This document shows positions 1-9,597 of a stretch of 64,000 nt of DNA, piece after piece. Every line of letters starts with the position of its first letter. Position 1 is the stretch's first letter. Under the pieces are notes generated by a model. The model made no database searches. It saw only the letters and a program-made list of their open reading frames with translations, and had not been told where the DNA came from. Source of the stretch: a virus. Taxonomy: Duplodnaviria; Caudoviricetes. The position numbers and the translations under genes were made by a program. The DNA is taken from positions 1-64,000 of the IMG/VR virus record IMGVR_UViG_3300017499_000044. The stretch is one strand, 5' to 3'.

Positions 1-107
1 TTCACGGCGGGGCTTGCGTCCCTGTCAACGACTCTGTCACAAGGAGTCGTTCACGGCGGGGCTTGCGTCCCTGTCAACGACTCTGTCACAAGGAGTCGTT
101 CACGGCG
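1..107. repeat. 49-bp tandem direct repeat (2 full copies plus a partial; may continue beyond the window edge)
   Basis: Unit TTCACGGCGGGGCTTGCGTCCCTGTCAACGACTCTGTCACAAGGAGTCG starts at 1, 50 and 99; it contains the inverted repeat AACGACTC/GAGTCGTT. Confidence 0.95.
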
Positions 108-156
108 AAAAAAGAGGGGCTGTAAAAAAGGGACTTTTTTACAGCCCCTCTTTTTT
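108..156. terminator. Long perfect hairpin, probable bidirectional intrinsic terminator
   Basis: AAAAAAGAGGGGCTGTAAAAAAG-GGA-CTTTTTTACAGCCCCTCTTTTTT, 23-bp stem, just downstream of the 171..1340 minus-strand gene. Confidence 0.85.
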
Positions 157-170
157 ACAGCCCCTTATTA

Positions 171-1340
171 TTATTCCTTTTCGTTCTTTTCCTTTTCGTT
201 CTTTTCCTTTTCGTTCTTTTCCTTTTCGTTCTTTTCCTTTTCGTTCTTTTCCTTTTCGTTCTTTTCCTTTTCGTTCTTTTCCTTTTCGATTTTTAAAATT
301 GTGGACGGGGATACATTAAATTTCAATCCGATAAAACGGAGTGAATGCCCCTCTTCACGCATACAATGTATAACCTTTTTATTTTCATCTGATAACTTTT
401 TCTTTACTTCGCATTTATCTAGTAAGTAAGAGGGTAATTGTAATTTTTCAACCGCTTTTTTCTGTACTAGTTTTAGCCTGTCTCTTACACTCTTTTCACT
501 TATACCTATGTAAGTACTGATTGATTTATATCCATAGCCGCGCAAACGGAGGCTAACTATTTGTTTTTGTTTGTCTGTTAGTTCTAATTTTTCAATCATT
601 GATTGAATTGTATCATTTGACTTGTTATCAGCTGTCAATGCAACGAATTTGCCGTTGAAGTCTCTTACTTCACTAATTATATCACTGTACTTCAACAAAC
701 GAGTGTATACTGTATACTCGTTGCCCTCGCTGTCGTTAACTTTTTCGCTAATATAAGCATATGTAAACGACTGTATTCTTGGGTGTGAATTGCTTGCTAT
801 TTCACGCCTTATAATCCTGTATATTTCTTGAATTATAGAGGTTGCAACCTCTTTAAAAAGGCTATTGTTGTCACTCCGTTGTATACGGATTTTTTCATTT
901 AATACTTTTTTGGTGTATTGTACCTCTAAAAAGCCGGGTTTTGAGGTGTCGACTCCGTGGTTGCTTGCTACTTCAATTTCGGATATTAGTCCGGCAACGG
1001 CGGTATGCACTAAATCAATGCTATTACTGTACGAGTCTTTAAATAGCTTGTCACTTTTGCTAATTAGTAAGTCGTGTTTTAGCTGATTTCTTAATTCATG
1101 CACTGTTTTGTTGCATGTGGTATTATCAAGTTTTCTAAGAACGGAGTATGTAATAGCCGCTGCAGCCTCTTGTAATAAATCGGCATACTCGATAGACTGA
1201 TTAATGTAAGACTTTTCAAATTTACGGAGTAAATCAGAAAAGGCGGTTTTACCGGATTTTTGTGTTTCTTTGTCCAACGGCTTGACAGAACCGTTGTTTT
1301 GTGATAAACTATTGTTATCACTGTTATTGAGGTTGTTCAT
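171..1340 (-). CDS. Putative transcriptional regulator with sigma70-region4/LuxR-like HTH and a second C-terminal HTH
   Basis: LTDKQKQIVSLRLRGYGYKSISTYIGISEKSVRDRL and LSDENKKVIHCMREEGHSLRFIGLKFNVSPSTILKI; RBS AGAGG; consensus promoter upstream. Confidence 0.7.
   Translation of the reverse strand: MNNLNNSDNNSLSQNNGSVKPLDKETQKSGKTAFSDLLRKFEKSYINQSIEYADLLQEAAAAITYSVLRKLDNTTCNKTVHELRNQLKHDLLISKSDKLFKDSYSNSIDLVHTAVAGLISEIEVASNHGVDTSKPGFLEVQYTKKVLNEKIRIQRSDNNSLFKEVATSIIQEIYRIIRREIASNSHPRIQSFTYAYISEKVNDSEGNEYTVYTRLLKYSDIISEVRDFNGKFVALTADNKSNDTIQSMIEKLELTDKQKQIVSLRLRGYGYKSISTYIGISEKSVRDRLKLVQKKAVEKLQLPSYLLDKCEVKKKLSDENKKVIHCMREEGHSLRFIGLKFNVSPSTILKIEKEKNEKEKNEKEKNEKEKNEKEKNEKEKNEKEKNEKE
174..288. 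repeat. 15-bp coding tandem repeat (about 7.5 copies) encoding KEKNE
   Basis: TTCCTTTTCGTTCTT units; forms the C-terminal tail of the minus-strand ORF. Confidence 0.95.
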
Positions 1341-1473
1341 TGTATCCTCTTTTCTATCAGTGATGTTATCAGCGTGTATGTGTTGTGCACGCTGATTTTT
1401 TTTTCACTGAATTTATTTTATTTATCCAAAAAATCGAAATTCACAACGGGATTAAGATTTTGGGTATGTGATA

Positions 1474-1502
1474 ATTATATCATATAATCCCGATTTTGTC
1501 AA
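1474..1502 (-). promoter_or_regulatory. Consensus sigma-A promoter for the HTH regulator
   Basis: Minus strand TTGACA-17 bp-TATAAT with extended TG. Confidence 0.85.
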
Positions 1503-1859
1503 GCACTTTTTTAAAATAATTTTAAATTTTTTCAATGCTGCCGTTTCCTATGTCCGAAAATCCTACAATAGGTCATAGCCCGGCGGTTATGGTATTTTCG
1601 CCGTTGCTATCCGCAGGGAATCCGGTAGTCACCTCTCCTCTCACCCACGAATTTTTCTCTCATCTCACCGCATCCTCTCCCCGCTTCCATTTTATCGCTT
1701 CCTTATAAATAGGAGCTTTCGGTTCAACCAAAGTCCGCAGCAGCCGTGGCTTGAAGTTCAATCGTCCGTTGTTGATGCCAAGAAAATATGTAACAAATAA
1801 CGAGAGCTGCTGTACAAAAAAATTGTGCAATATTCTTGAATAATAATTGCGAAAATCGC

Positions 1860-1888
1860 TTGACTTACGATTCCGGTTTTGATATAAT
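1860..1888 (+). promoter_or_regulatory. Sigma-A promoter for the recombinase-helicase-RNAP operon
   Basis: TTGACT-17 bp-TATAAT with extended TG. Confidence 0.75.
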
Positions 1889-2053
1889 ATATATGGTGAG
1901 GTTAATTTAATAATCTGCTTTGCCGCTTTTATTTTTGGATAGTAGAGTTAATTTTATAATTTACTTTTACATAGAAATATCCAAATATTAATTATTAATT
2001 ATTAATAACAGAATAATATATACTATACCTATTTTTCTTTTAGAGGGCATTTG

Positions 2054-2079
2054 GAAAACCATTGTCGCACTAAGGTTTA
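2054..2079. promoter_or_regulatory. Imperfect palindrome (arm-6 bp-arm), candidate tyrosine-recombinase binding site A
   Basis: GAAAACCATTG-TCGCAC-TAAGGTTTA; close relative at 9095-9121. Confidence 0.45.
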
Positions 2080-2183
2080 AAGGGCTCAAAAATGATTTTA
2101 CCACTTCGATGTTGTAAAAAAAGTTGTAAAGCGGCAAATATAAATTAAATATAAACAAATTATTAACAGGAAGGAAGATTATC

Positions 2184-3014
2184 ATGAAAAAAGACATGGC
2201 AAAAAAACCGGAATCTAAATTTAATACGAAGGGAGTGATCGACATCTTGATGCTTAAGCGAGACAATAATCGTAGGCTTAAAGCGGGGCTGATAGCTTCC
2301 GCAACGGAGTCCAGTTCCTGTCCGCTCGCACCCGAGCACGCAGCGGATCCAATCAAGAGCGTTCGTGACATCAACCGCATCTCGGCGTACCTTAAAGCCA
2401 AGGGTCGGTACAGAGACAATATGCTCTTCATTGTAGGTATCAACTTTGGATTACGTGTCAGCGACCTGAGGGTGCTTCGGTTCTCCAACCTTATAAATGA
2501 GAATCTTGTGTTCAGAACCAGCTTCCCTGTGTTCGAGAAGAAAACTCGTAACACAAGGAAGAGAAAGAGAAACAGGTACATTACAATCAACAACGCTGTA
2601 ATCGAAGCTGTTACTCTGTACTTGGAGAACACTCCCGATGTCAGACTCAGCGACTATATGTTCAGAAGCGAATCCAACAGAGGCTGCAACAAGAATGAAC
2701 CTTTGACCATCAAGTCTATCGACAGAATCCTTAAGGGCATTGGACAAGACCTGCATCTGAGTGCAAAGATTTCAACCCATACTCTTAGGAAGACGTTCGG
2801 GTATCATCAGATGATGATGTCCAATAACGATAATAGAAAGCTGCTGCTTCTTCAAAAGATATTCAACCATGCCTCTCCCGCTCAGACTTTGGATTATATT
2901 GGAATAACAGAAGAAGAGATTGAGGACGCTTACAAGAAACTGAACCTCGGCAGGACGGAAGACAATTATCTTATGGACAGCGACATCGTGGAGTACGACG
3001 CGGTGGTTGCCTAA
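2184..3014 (+). CDS. Tyrosine recombinase (catalytic domain only)
   Basis: GLRVSDL, HTLRKTFGY and HASPAQTLDYIG supply the R, H-x-x-R, H and Y catalytic residues; 276 aa, no arm-binding domain. Confidence 0.9.
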   Translation: MKKDMAKKPESKFNTKGVIDILMLKRDNNRRLKAGLIASATESSSCPLAPEHAADPIKSVRDINRISAYLKAKGRYRDNMLFIVGINFGLRVSDLRVLRFSNLINENLVFRTSFPVFEKKTRNTRKRKRNRYITINNAVIEAVTLYLENTPDVRLSDYMFRSESNRGCNKNEPLTIKSIDRILKGIGQDLHLSAKISTHTLRKTFGYHQMMMSNNDNRKLLLLQKIFNHASPAQTLDYIGITEEEIEDAYKKLNLGRTEDNYLMDSDIVEYDAVVA

Positions 3015-3038
3015 TGACGAGGACTGTAACAAGGAGGA

Positions 3039-4346
3039 ATGCGTATGATTAATGTAAAGATATGTGACGCGATCATGGGTACGGGCAAGTCGCAGAGCGC
3101 AATAACATATATGAATGAGCATCCAAACGAGAGGTTCATTTATATCACCCCATACCTCGATGAAGCAAAAAGAATTAAGTTGGCGTGTCCGAGGCTCGGG
3201 TTTGTGGAACCAAGCAGTAAGCTGCCCAAGTATCACTTCCATAAATTTGAACACTCGGCGGCACTAATTGCCGAGGGACGAAACATTGCCACTACCCACC
3301 AAGCTTTCAAGAACTACACACCTGATGTGCTTGAGAATATCAGAGAGCTTGGATATACCTTGATAATAGACGAGGACGTTGATGTTCTGGAGAATTTCCA
3401 ATTTCGTTCGGACGACTTGCAAATAGCCGTTGACGCCGGTTACATTAAATTAGAGGGCGATGATTATGTTGCCGTATGCGATAAGTACAAGACCGGAGCG
3501 TTGTCTGATTTGTTCAGACTGTTTAAATCAAGAAGGTTGATACGGATGCCGGGGGAGCAATCGAAGAAGGAGAGGTTCTTGTATTGGCTGCTGTCTCCCG
3601 AACTTATAACGTCGTTTAAAAGAGTATTTGTTCTGACGTATCTGTTTGAGGCGCAGAGCCTACACCATTTGATGGAGATGTATCATATCTCTTATGAGTA
3701 TATAGGAGTGGCGAGAGATCCGGAGACCGAGACCGGTTATAGATTTACGTCGTACCCGGGGTATGTTCCGGAGTATGTGTCGAATCTAAAGAACATGATC
3801 CATATTCTGGATTCGTCAAAGCTGAATAGTGTCGGAGATGAGCGTTTCGCCTTGTCCATGACCAGAGTCAAGAACGATGATAACGAAACGGAGCGGGTAA
3901 GAAAGAATATATATAACTGTTTCAATAACATCTGGAGAGGAATTCCAAAGTCGGAGCGAATGTGCGGAACGTACAAGAGCGGATTCGGAAGGCTCAAGGG
4001 TAAGGGCTATACTAATTCAATGCTCCCATTCAATCTGAAAGCAACAAACGATTACAGAGATAAGACACATCTGGTGTATGCCGCCAACATCTTCATGAAC
4101 GTGACCGACAAATCCTTCTATCAACAGAACGGCATTAACGTTGACGAGGATATGTATGCGCTGTCTATTATGGTACAATGGATATGGCGGAGTGCGATTC
4201 GGGACGGCAAGGAGATTTATCTATATATACCAAGCAAACGAATGAGGAATATATTGGTTAATTGGATTAACTCATTTTCTACGGACTCTATAAACGAAGG
4301 AGGCGATGCGATTGAGAGATTGGAACAACAGCAGAAGGTATCGTGA
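3039..4346 (+). CDS. Helicase-like P-loop NTPase
   Basis: Walker A DAIMGTGKS, YITPYLDE, Walker B LIIDED, C-terminal QWIWRSAIR. Confidence 0.7.
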   Translation: MRMINVKICDAIMGTGKSQSAITYMNEHPNERFIYITPYLDEAKRIKLACPRLGFVEPSSKLPKYHFHKFEHSAALIAEGRNIATTHQAFKNYTPDVLENIRELGYTLIIDEDVDVLENFQFRSDDLQIAVDAGYIKLEGDDYVAVCDKYKTGALSDLFRLFKSRRLIRMPGEQSKKERFLYWLLSPELITSFKRVFVLTYLFEAQSLHHLMEMYHISYEYIGVARDPETETGYRFTSYPGYVPEYVSNLKNMIHILDSSKLNSVGDERFALSMTRVKNDDNETERVRKNIYNCFNNIWRGIPKSERMCGTYKSGFGRLKGKGYTNSMLPFNLKATNDYRDKTHLVYAANIFMNVTDKSFYQQNGINVDEDMYALSIMVQWIWRSAIRDGKEIYLYIPSKRMRNILVNWINSFSTDSINEGGDAIERLEQQQKVS

Positions 4347-4482
4347 GAAATCAGACGGATGCACGCATGATGAGCTCATGGATGATTTAGACGAGGAAGA
4401 ACAGATTGATATACTTATTGAGCAGGGGCGCGAGAGATTCAGAGAAGAGTGGTTTCAGTATTTGGAAGAATGGGCTGAATAG
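4312..4482 (+). CDS. Small acidic protein (56 aa, not in the ORF track)
   Basis: RBS AAGGAGG then TTG; MRDWNNSRRYREKSDGCTHDELMDDLDEEEQIDILIEQGRERFREEWFQYLEEWAE. Confidence 0.55.
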   Translation: MRDWNNSRRYREKSDGCTHDELMDDLDEEEQIDILIEQGRERFREEWFQYLEEWAE

Positions 4483-4522
4483 CTTTGCGCTGTCAAGATG
4501 ATTACGTAATTTATAAGACGAG

Positions 4523-7500
4523 GTGACATATATAGGAAGACATCTAACATATCAGAAATACATATATAAGCTGCACAGCAGCAGACTGCGGGAAGAGCGT
4601 TGGCGGCTTACTCTGCCGATTGATGAGGCTCGCAGAAATGACGAGGTGATTGCGCTTGCCGACAGTCAGATACTTCGCTGGATAGACGAGCTGAACGGTA
4701 TAGTCGGCGGCGAGGATAGAGTTCGCGAGATAAGAAGAGAGATTGAGGAACTAAAGAAAGAAGCGAATAATATCCAAAACAGAAGAAAGATTAAAGCTTT
4801 ATATAAAGAACTTGACGATATTCAATTCAAACCTGATTATATGTGTTTGATTATTGACAAGAAACAAGACTATTATAAAGCTTGCAAAGGTTTTACAATC
4901 AATGGTATCAAGTACAAGAGACTCTTGGGGACAAGCGGCGGCATTAAGCGAAGCACAATAGTGTTCGTGAACGAAGTGCTTGCCGATGAGCTGAAGAGGC
5001 GGATTGATAACGATAGGGATATGAGCAAGGAGCTTGTACCCGCAAAGCTTGAGGCATACAAAGCTTTGACGTGCAGTGCCTCAACGCCGGTATCAATGCC
5101 TAACGGAATTCTTGTCGTAGACGATTGCGAGACAAGCTTCTTATCAGATGTGGTTTACCTAACCGACGAGTGCGAGGGCGATCCGATTATGGAAGAGCGT
5201 GAAAATCAAGAGATAGTGCTTGATGCGTCAGACGGCTGTGGCATGATGCTTCCTTCGTTGGCTGAACGGTGGAGCAAGGAATTGAAGCTTGACTACGTTA
5301 TCGGTGGAGCAAACACACGCGCTCCGTTTGAGAAGGGTGTTGTGTTTGCGTTTGACTTTTTGGAGTTCGCCGAGAAGGTTGCCGGAGAATATATCGTGAA
5401 GGACGCATGGGGCAACGACGTGGATATTAGAAATGTTGAGCTTGTGCTTACAACGTCCATGCTTAAGCTGTGGGATTCGTATGAGAGCTGTGATGATTAT
5501 CTATCCAAGTCCCTCGCCAACGGTTATACCTTCGCCGTAACGAAGGTTTGCCCGAAGCGGCTTGAGAGCGAGCGTGCGACGAATTATCAATACATACAAG
5601 CTTTGGATTTGAGCGATGAGGATATAGAAGAATTGATTGAGCCAACGATGACCGAGATTAAAGAAGTACTTGGTGGCGATTGGCGCAAGACGGTATTGTT
5701 TCTTAAAGGTGTGGGGCTGACAGAGAAGAGCGTTGCTTCTCTGGATGATGATTATATCAAAGCGATGATGATAGACAGCCGGATGGCTGACGACCCGTAT
5801 GTCAGGAGCAGCGTCTACCAGTTGATTAAGAATAGAATAAACGAGGCGAAGGTGGGCGCACTTAAAGTTCACGGCAACTATTCTATTGTGTCGGGAGACC
5901 CGTATGCTTTATGCCAGCACATATTTGGGCTTGAGGTTACGGGGCTGCTTAAGGCGGGCGAAATATACAACGGGTATTGGGCGGATAAGGAGGCAGACAA
6001 GTTGGCTTGCTTCCGTTCTCCTATGTCGTGTCATGCCAATATCCGATTGGTAAGCCCGGCGCGTTCCGAAAGCGTCCGGCATTGGTATCGGTACATGAAT
6101 ACGTGTACTGTGTTTAATGCGTGGGACACGGCGATGATGGCATTAAATGGATTGGATTAACTTTGGATAGTCCCATATATCGGTAACGATGTATAGCAAA
6201 TTCGGTGAACCCGTAAATGCGGGGTGTGGCGGAAGCGCTGCTATCGGTGGAACTCTTGTGAATAAGTAAGCGATAATAGTAAACAGAAGGTGGTGATAAT
6301 AATATGTGGAAGGAAATTCCCGGATATGAGGGGTATTATGAAGTAAATGAGAATGGTCTGGTGCGAGGTGTTACGCGTCGCATCACTCGCCGCGACGGAC
6401 GCACATATATCCGCAAGGCACGGGCGTTGGCACCAAAGGTAATGCACGACGGATATTTGTCGGTAAACTTATGTAAAGATGGTGAACAGCGTAGGTTTTA
6501 TATACATAGATTGGTTGCATTTTTATTTGTTGATGGGTATAATGACGGTTTAGAAGTAAATCATAAAGACTGTAACCGTCAAAATAACAAATTTGATAAT
6601 TTAGAATGGGTGAGCCACCAAGATAATATTAAGTACACTAAATCTCTAAAGAGACACGTCAGTGATAGAGATTTGACTGGTGCTAATAACCCAAACTATC
6701 ATAACCATACGCTACATGATAGATTTCAAAATGAGCCAGAATTACGTATGGTTCAGAGTAGATCCGGAGCAAAGAATGGCAGAGCGAGAGCTATTCGCGC
6801 ATATCTTCCGAACGGCGAAGCGTTAGACTTTTCATATATAGGAGAATGCGCAAAATATCTAATTGCAGGCAACTACACTAAATCAAAGAATATAAATTCT
6901 GTATCGACTTATATACGCAGAGCTGCGGAGAGCGGTGGTTTGTATAGAAACTTGCGATTTGAAATGATATAAAATAAATAATAATATACAAGACAACACC
7001 GAGCCAAGCCGGTACGGAAACGTGCCGGTGGGTGTAACGACTACTGAATACGGGCTAAGTCCGCAAAACAGATATGCCTATGAATCAGGTACATATATGG
7101 TGAAACTCCATATGTGGAAGTGCCGAACGTCGGTCACAACCGACGAAGAGATAGTCTACTCCTTGTGGTAACACAAGGTATCAAGGTTCGACGGGGATTT
7201 GGTTATGCTTACAGACAATCCCGTCATAGTCAGAAATGTCATAAGCCAGCCCGCTCTGATGTGCGCTCAGAGGAAGGCTAAGAAGATTGTACCTACCGAA
7301 GATGATTTTATACAAGCCAACATAGACAGCTTCGGCAACGAGATAGGCGCAATCACAAACAGAACAACATCAATGTATGAGATTCGCTCTCACTATTCTG
7401 AGGACAGCGAAGAGTATAAGATACTTACATATCGCGTGCAGTGCGGACAGCTGTACCAGCAAAATCAAATCGACCGCAGCAAAGGTATAATATGTAAGTC

Positions 7501-8290
7501 TATGCCCGCTGAATGGTATGACAGGCACGCTATCAATAAGCTTGGGGATGAAGACAAGAAGAAACTTTATCGTTCCGTAGTCGCAGATAAGAAGCCTTAC
7601 TTCATGAGATACATCTATCCCGCTCTGATGAAGCAATACAACACACATATAAAGAATACGAACAAGAAAGCACTCAGAGAGTTTGGTATGACGGTTGATG
7701 ATTTGCTGGATATTCCGAAGGAAAAGCGAAGCAAGGAGCAGTCGGAATTTTTAAAGCAATATAATCGCAAGATGCCCGTCGGCATTGGCGACTGTGTTAT
7801 GAATAAGATATGTCGAAGATTTGAAGAAGAGTTCGATGGGTATATCGGACGATACGGCGGCGAGGCAGATTTTGATTATTGTTTCATGCGCGGTGAAGCG
7901 GAGTACAGTCAGGCGCAATACGATGCCATTAACAGACTGTATAAAGATTACAACCAACGGCTGCGCGGATTTATGGTATCGTCTAACTATGAACGTATAG
8001 ACAGCGAAGATTCTCTTTCAGGCTTGGCTGTCATAAATGACGAGTTTGCGGAGCGGTGCGCTGCGGTCTGTCCGAATGAGGATTCTTTGTGTAATATAAT
8101 ATTGGACATATGCTACACCAAAAGTTCTACCAAGCGATTTGCTTGGAGTATGTGCGGAAGCTCTATTATACATAATTTACTATCTGCGAATGATAACACT
8201 ATCCTGTATCCGATAGCCGATGTGAACGGGGATGTAGAATATTGCCACAGCAGGTTTACAGTTAGGTCAAGAAAGGTTGGGGATGATTAA
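4523..8290 (+). CDS. YonO-like single-subunit (double-psi-barrel, RdRP-related) DNA-dependent RNA polymerase; join(4523..6157,7187..8290), about 912 aa
   Basis: Motifs DASDGCG, RAPFEKG and FRSP; splicing restores ALNGLD|FDGDLVMLTDN (DxDGD metal-binding motif); position next to HU and the packaging genes matches SPbeta. Confidence 0.88.
6158..7186 (+). ncRNA. Group I self-splicing intron in the RNA polymerase gene
   Basis: 5' exon ends in U; P1 GGAU|UA pairs with UAGUCC (U6157.G6170 wobble); P3 UUCGGU/GCCGAA; P4 UCGGUG/CACCGA; P7 GACUA(7039)/UAGUC(7152); P9 CCUUGUG-GUAA-CACAAGG; terminal G7186; reading frame restored. Confidence 0.92.
6304..6972 (+). CDS. Intron-encoded NUMOD4-HNH homing endonuclease (intact)
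   Basis: WKEIPGYEGYYEVNENGLVR (NUMOD4); HRLVA...VNHKDCNRQNNKFDNLEW (HNH). Confidence 0.92.
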   Translation: MWKEIPGYEGYYEVNENGLVRGVTRRITRRDGRTYIRKARALAPKVMHDGYLSVNLCKDGEQRRFYIHRLVAFLFVDGYNDGLEVNHKDCNRQNNKFDNLEWVSHQDNIKYTKSLKRHVSDRDLTGANNPNYHNHTLHDRFQNEPELRMVQSRSGAKNGRARAIRAYLPNGEALDFSYIGECAKYLIAGNYTKSKNINSVSTYIRRAAESGGLYRNLRFEMI

Positions 8291-9063
8291 TGGGAATAGT
8301 TTTAAATGAGCGAGAGGCTGCCTGCGAGGCGATCAGAAGAAAAGAGCTCGGCAGGCAGCCCTCAGAGACATTGCGCCGAGTGGCTGGATACATCAGAGAA
8401 GGAAATAAAAGATTAACAAAAAGAGATGTAAGAAAACAGCTAGAGATGTTTCTATTGCGATGTGATTCCAATGTGTCGCTGCCAAATTGGTCTAAGTCAT
8501 TATCCTACGCGGTTAGCTATGCGTTTAAGCATGAGCTTATTCAAATAGAGTCACTGCTTATCAGTAAACCGGAGATGGATAGGATCGATTCCCTTGAGAG
8601 CAGGCAGGCGAAGCGACTCGCATTCGTTCTGCTCTGTCTTGCAAAGTATTGGGATACAGCCGGTGAGCGCAACGATCATTGGGTAAACTGTGAAGATAAA
8701 GAGATTATGAAAATGGCTAATATTAATACATCCATACGTAGGCAATGCGCATTATATGCGCTGTTGAAAGAAGAAGGTTTTATAGAATTTGCTAAGAGCG
8801 TTGACAATATCAACGTGCGCGTATGTTTCGTTGAGAGCGGAGAAACGGCGATGGCTATTACTGACTTGCGAAACTTGGGGTATCAATATCTTAAGTTTCA
8901 CGGAGAGCCGTACTTCGAATGTCGGAACTGTGGAATTATAACAAGGTATAGACATCCCGGCAAAACGGGTGGACAAAAGTACTGCGATTGCTGCGCCGCA
9001 ACCATCCATGCAAAGCAAAAGGCTGATTCAAATGAGCGACAGCGAACGGCGGATAACGATTAA
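8290..9063 (+). CDS. Hypothetical protein with C-terminal Zn ribbon, translationally coupled to the RNAP gene
   Basis: TAATG overlap; CRNC...YCDCC. Confidence 0.75.
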   Translation: MGIVLNEREAACEAIRRKELGRQPSETLRRVAGYIREGNKRLTKRDVRKQLEMFLLRCDSNVSLPNWSKSLSYAVSYAFKHELIQIESLLISKPEMDRIDSLESRQAKRLAFVLLCLAKYWDTAGERNDHWVNCEDKEIMKMANINTSIRRQCALYALLKEEGFIEFAKSVDNINVRVCFVESGETAMAITDLRNLGYQYLKFHGEPYFECRNCGIITRYRHPGKTGGQKYCDCCAATIHAKQKADSNERQRTADND

Positions 9064-9094
9064 AACTTAAGAGAACGGACAAAGTAGAGGCACC

Positions 9095-9121
9095 GAAAAC
9101 CGTTGCGGCAGTAAGGGTTTC
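9095..9121. promoter_or_regulatory. Imperfect palindrome, candidate tyrosine-recombinase binding site B
   Basis: GAAAACCGTTG-CGGCAG-TAAGGGTTTC. Confidence 0.45.
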
Positions 9122-9229
9122 AGGCGCTGTGATGAGGTGTTATTAATGAGAGAATATATACCGTTTTGCCGAGAGGTGCGGCGGAGTGGTATGTAAATAA
9201 AATCCAGAATGAAAGGAATGAAGCAATAG

Positions 9230-9409
9230 GTGATTGCGATTAGTAAGGAAGAGGCGAAGGCTATACGCGGGGCTTTGCCGGATGTACATATTATGAGAAC
9301 AATGAAACAAAAATCCAAAAGAGGTCACTACTTTTGCGAAGAGAGTGCGCGAGTGGTGAGATTTATTGAAGATATGCGCTCTAAGGCTATATCTGAGATT
9401 AACAAGTAA
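9230..9409 (+). CDS. Small basic protein (59 aa, not in the ORF track)
   Basis: GTG start after AAAGGAA; MIAISKEEAKAIRGALPDVHIMRTMKQKSKRGHYFCEESARVVRFIEDMRSKAISEINK. Confidence 0.6.
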   Translation: MIAISKEEAKAIRGALPDVHIMRTMKQKSKRGHYFCEESARVVRFIEDMRSKAISEINK

Positions 9410-9503
9410 AACAGATGCCGCTGTCGCTTTGCAATATAAGAGGGACTGCGCAGAGATGGCAGAGAACTTAACCTTAGAATTTAATAACAAACTTGTTTGA
9501 GTA

Positions 9504-9533
9504 GTCGGAGTGGAGACTTAAAACCCATTTCCA
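9504..9533 (+). promoter_or_regulatory. Conserved 30-bp intergenic motif, copy 1
   Basis: GTCGGAGTGGAGACTTAAAACCCATTTCCA; 27/30 identical to 23702-23731. Confidence 0.7.
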
Positions 9534-9563
9534 GCACAGAGTAAAATATTAACGAGTTAGTGC

Positions 9564-9597
9564 GGGAGCGATCTTAGGTCGCTCCTGAATTTTTTAT
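9564..9597 (+). terminator. Terminator-like hairpin upstream of the HU gene
   Basis: GGGAGCGATC-TTA-GGTCGCTCCT followed by GAATTTTTTATT. Confidence 0.5.

Noticed and set aside
1-107. CRISPR array
   Set aside because: Units are contiguous and identical with no unique spacers; no cas genes in the window
14-319. 101-aa plus-strand ORF with FPFRS repeats
   Set aside because: Antisense shadow of the KEKNE repeat; it runs through a terminator and has no RBS
1988-2632. 214-aa minus-strand ORF, and the many other antisense ORFs across 2-58 kb
   Set aside because: They overlap well-supported genes on the opposite strand and show no motifs or RBS
4523-8290. Two-subunit RNAP, pseudogene, or true RNA-dependent RNA polymerase
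   Set aside because: The split is fully explained by a group I intron, and the phage context matches DNA-dependent YonO
9504-9533. Pistol ribozyme or known riboswitch for the 30-bp motif
   Set aside because: The stem, pseudoknot and A-run look superficially similar, but the downstream conserved pistol elements are not shared by the two copies, and I recognise no aptamer consensus
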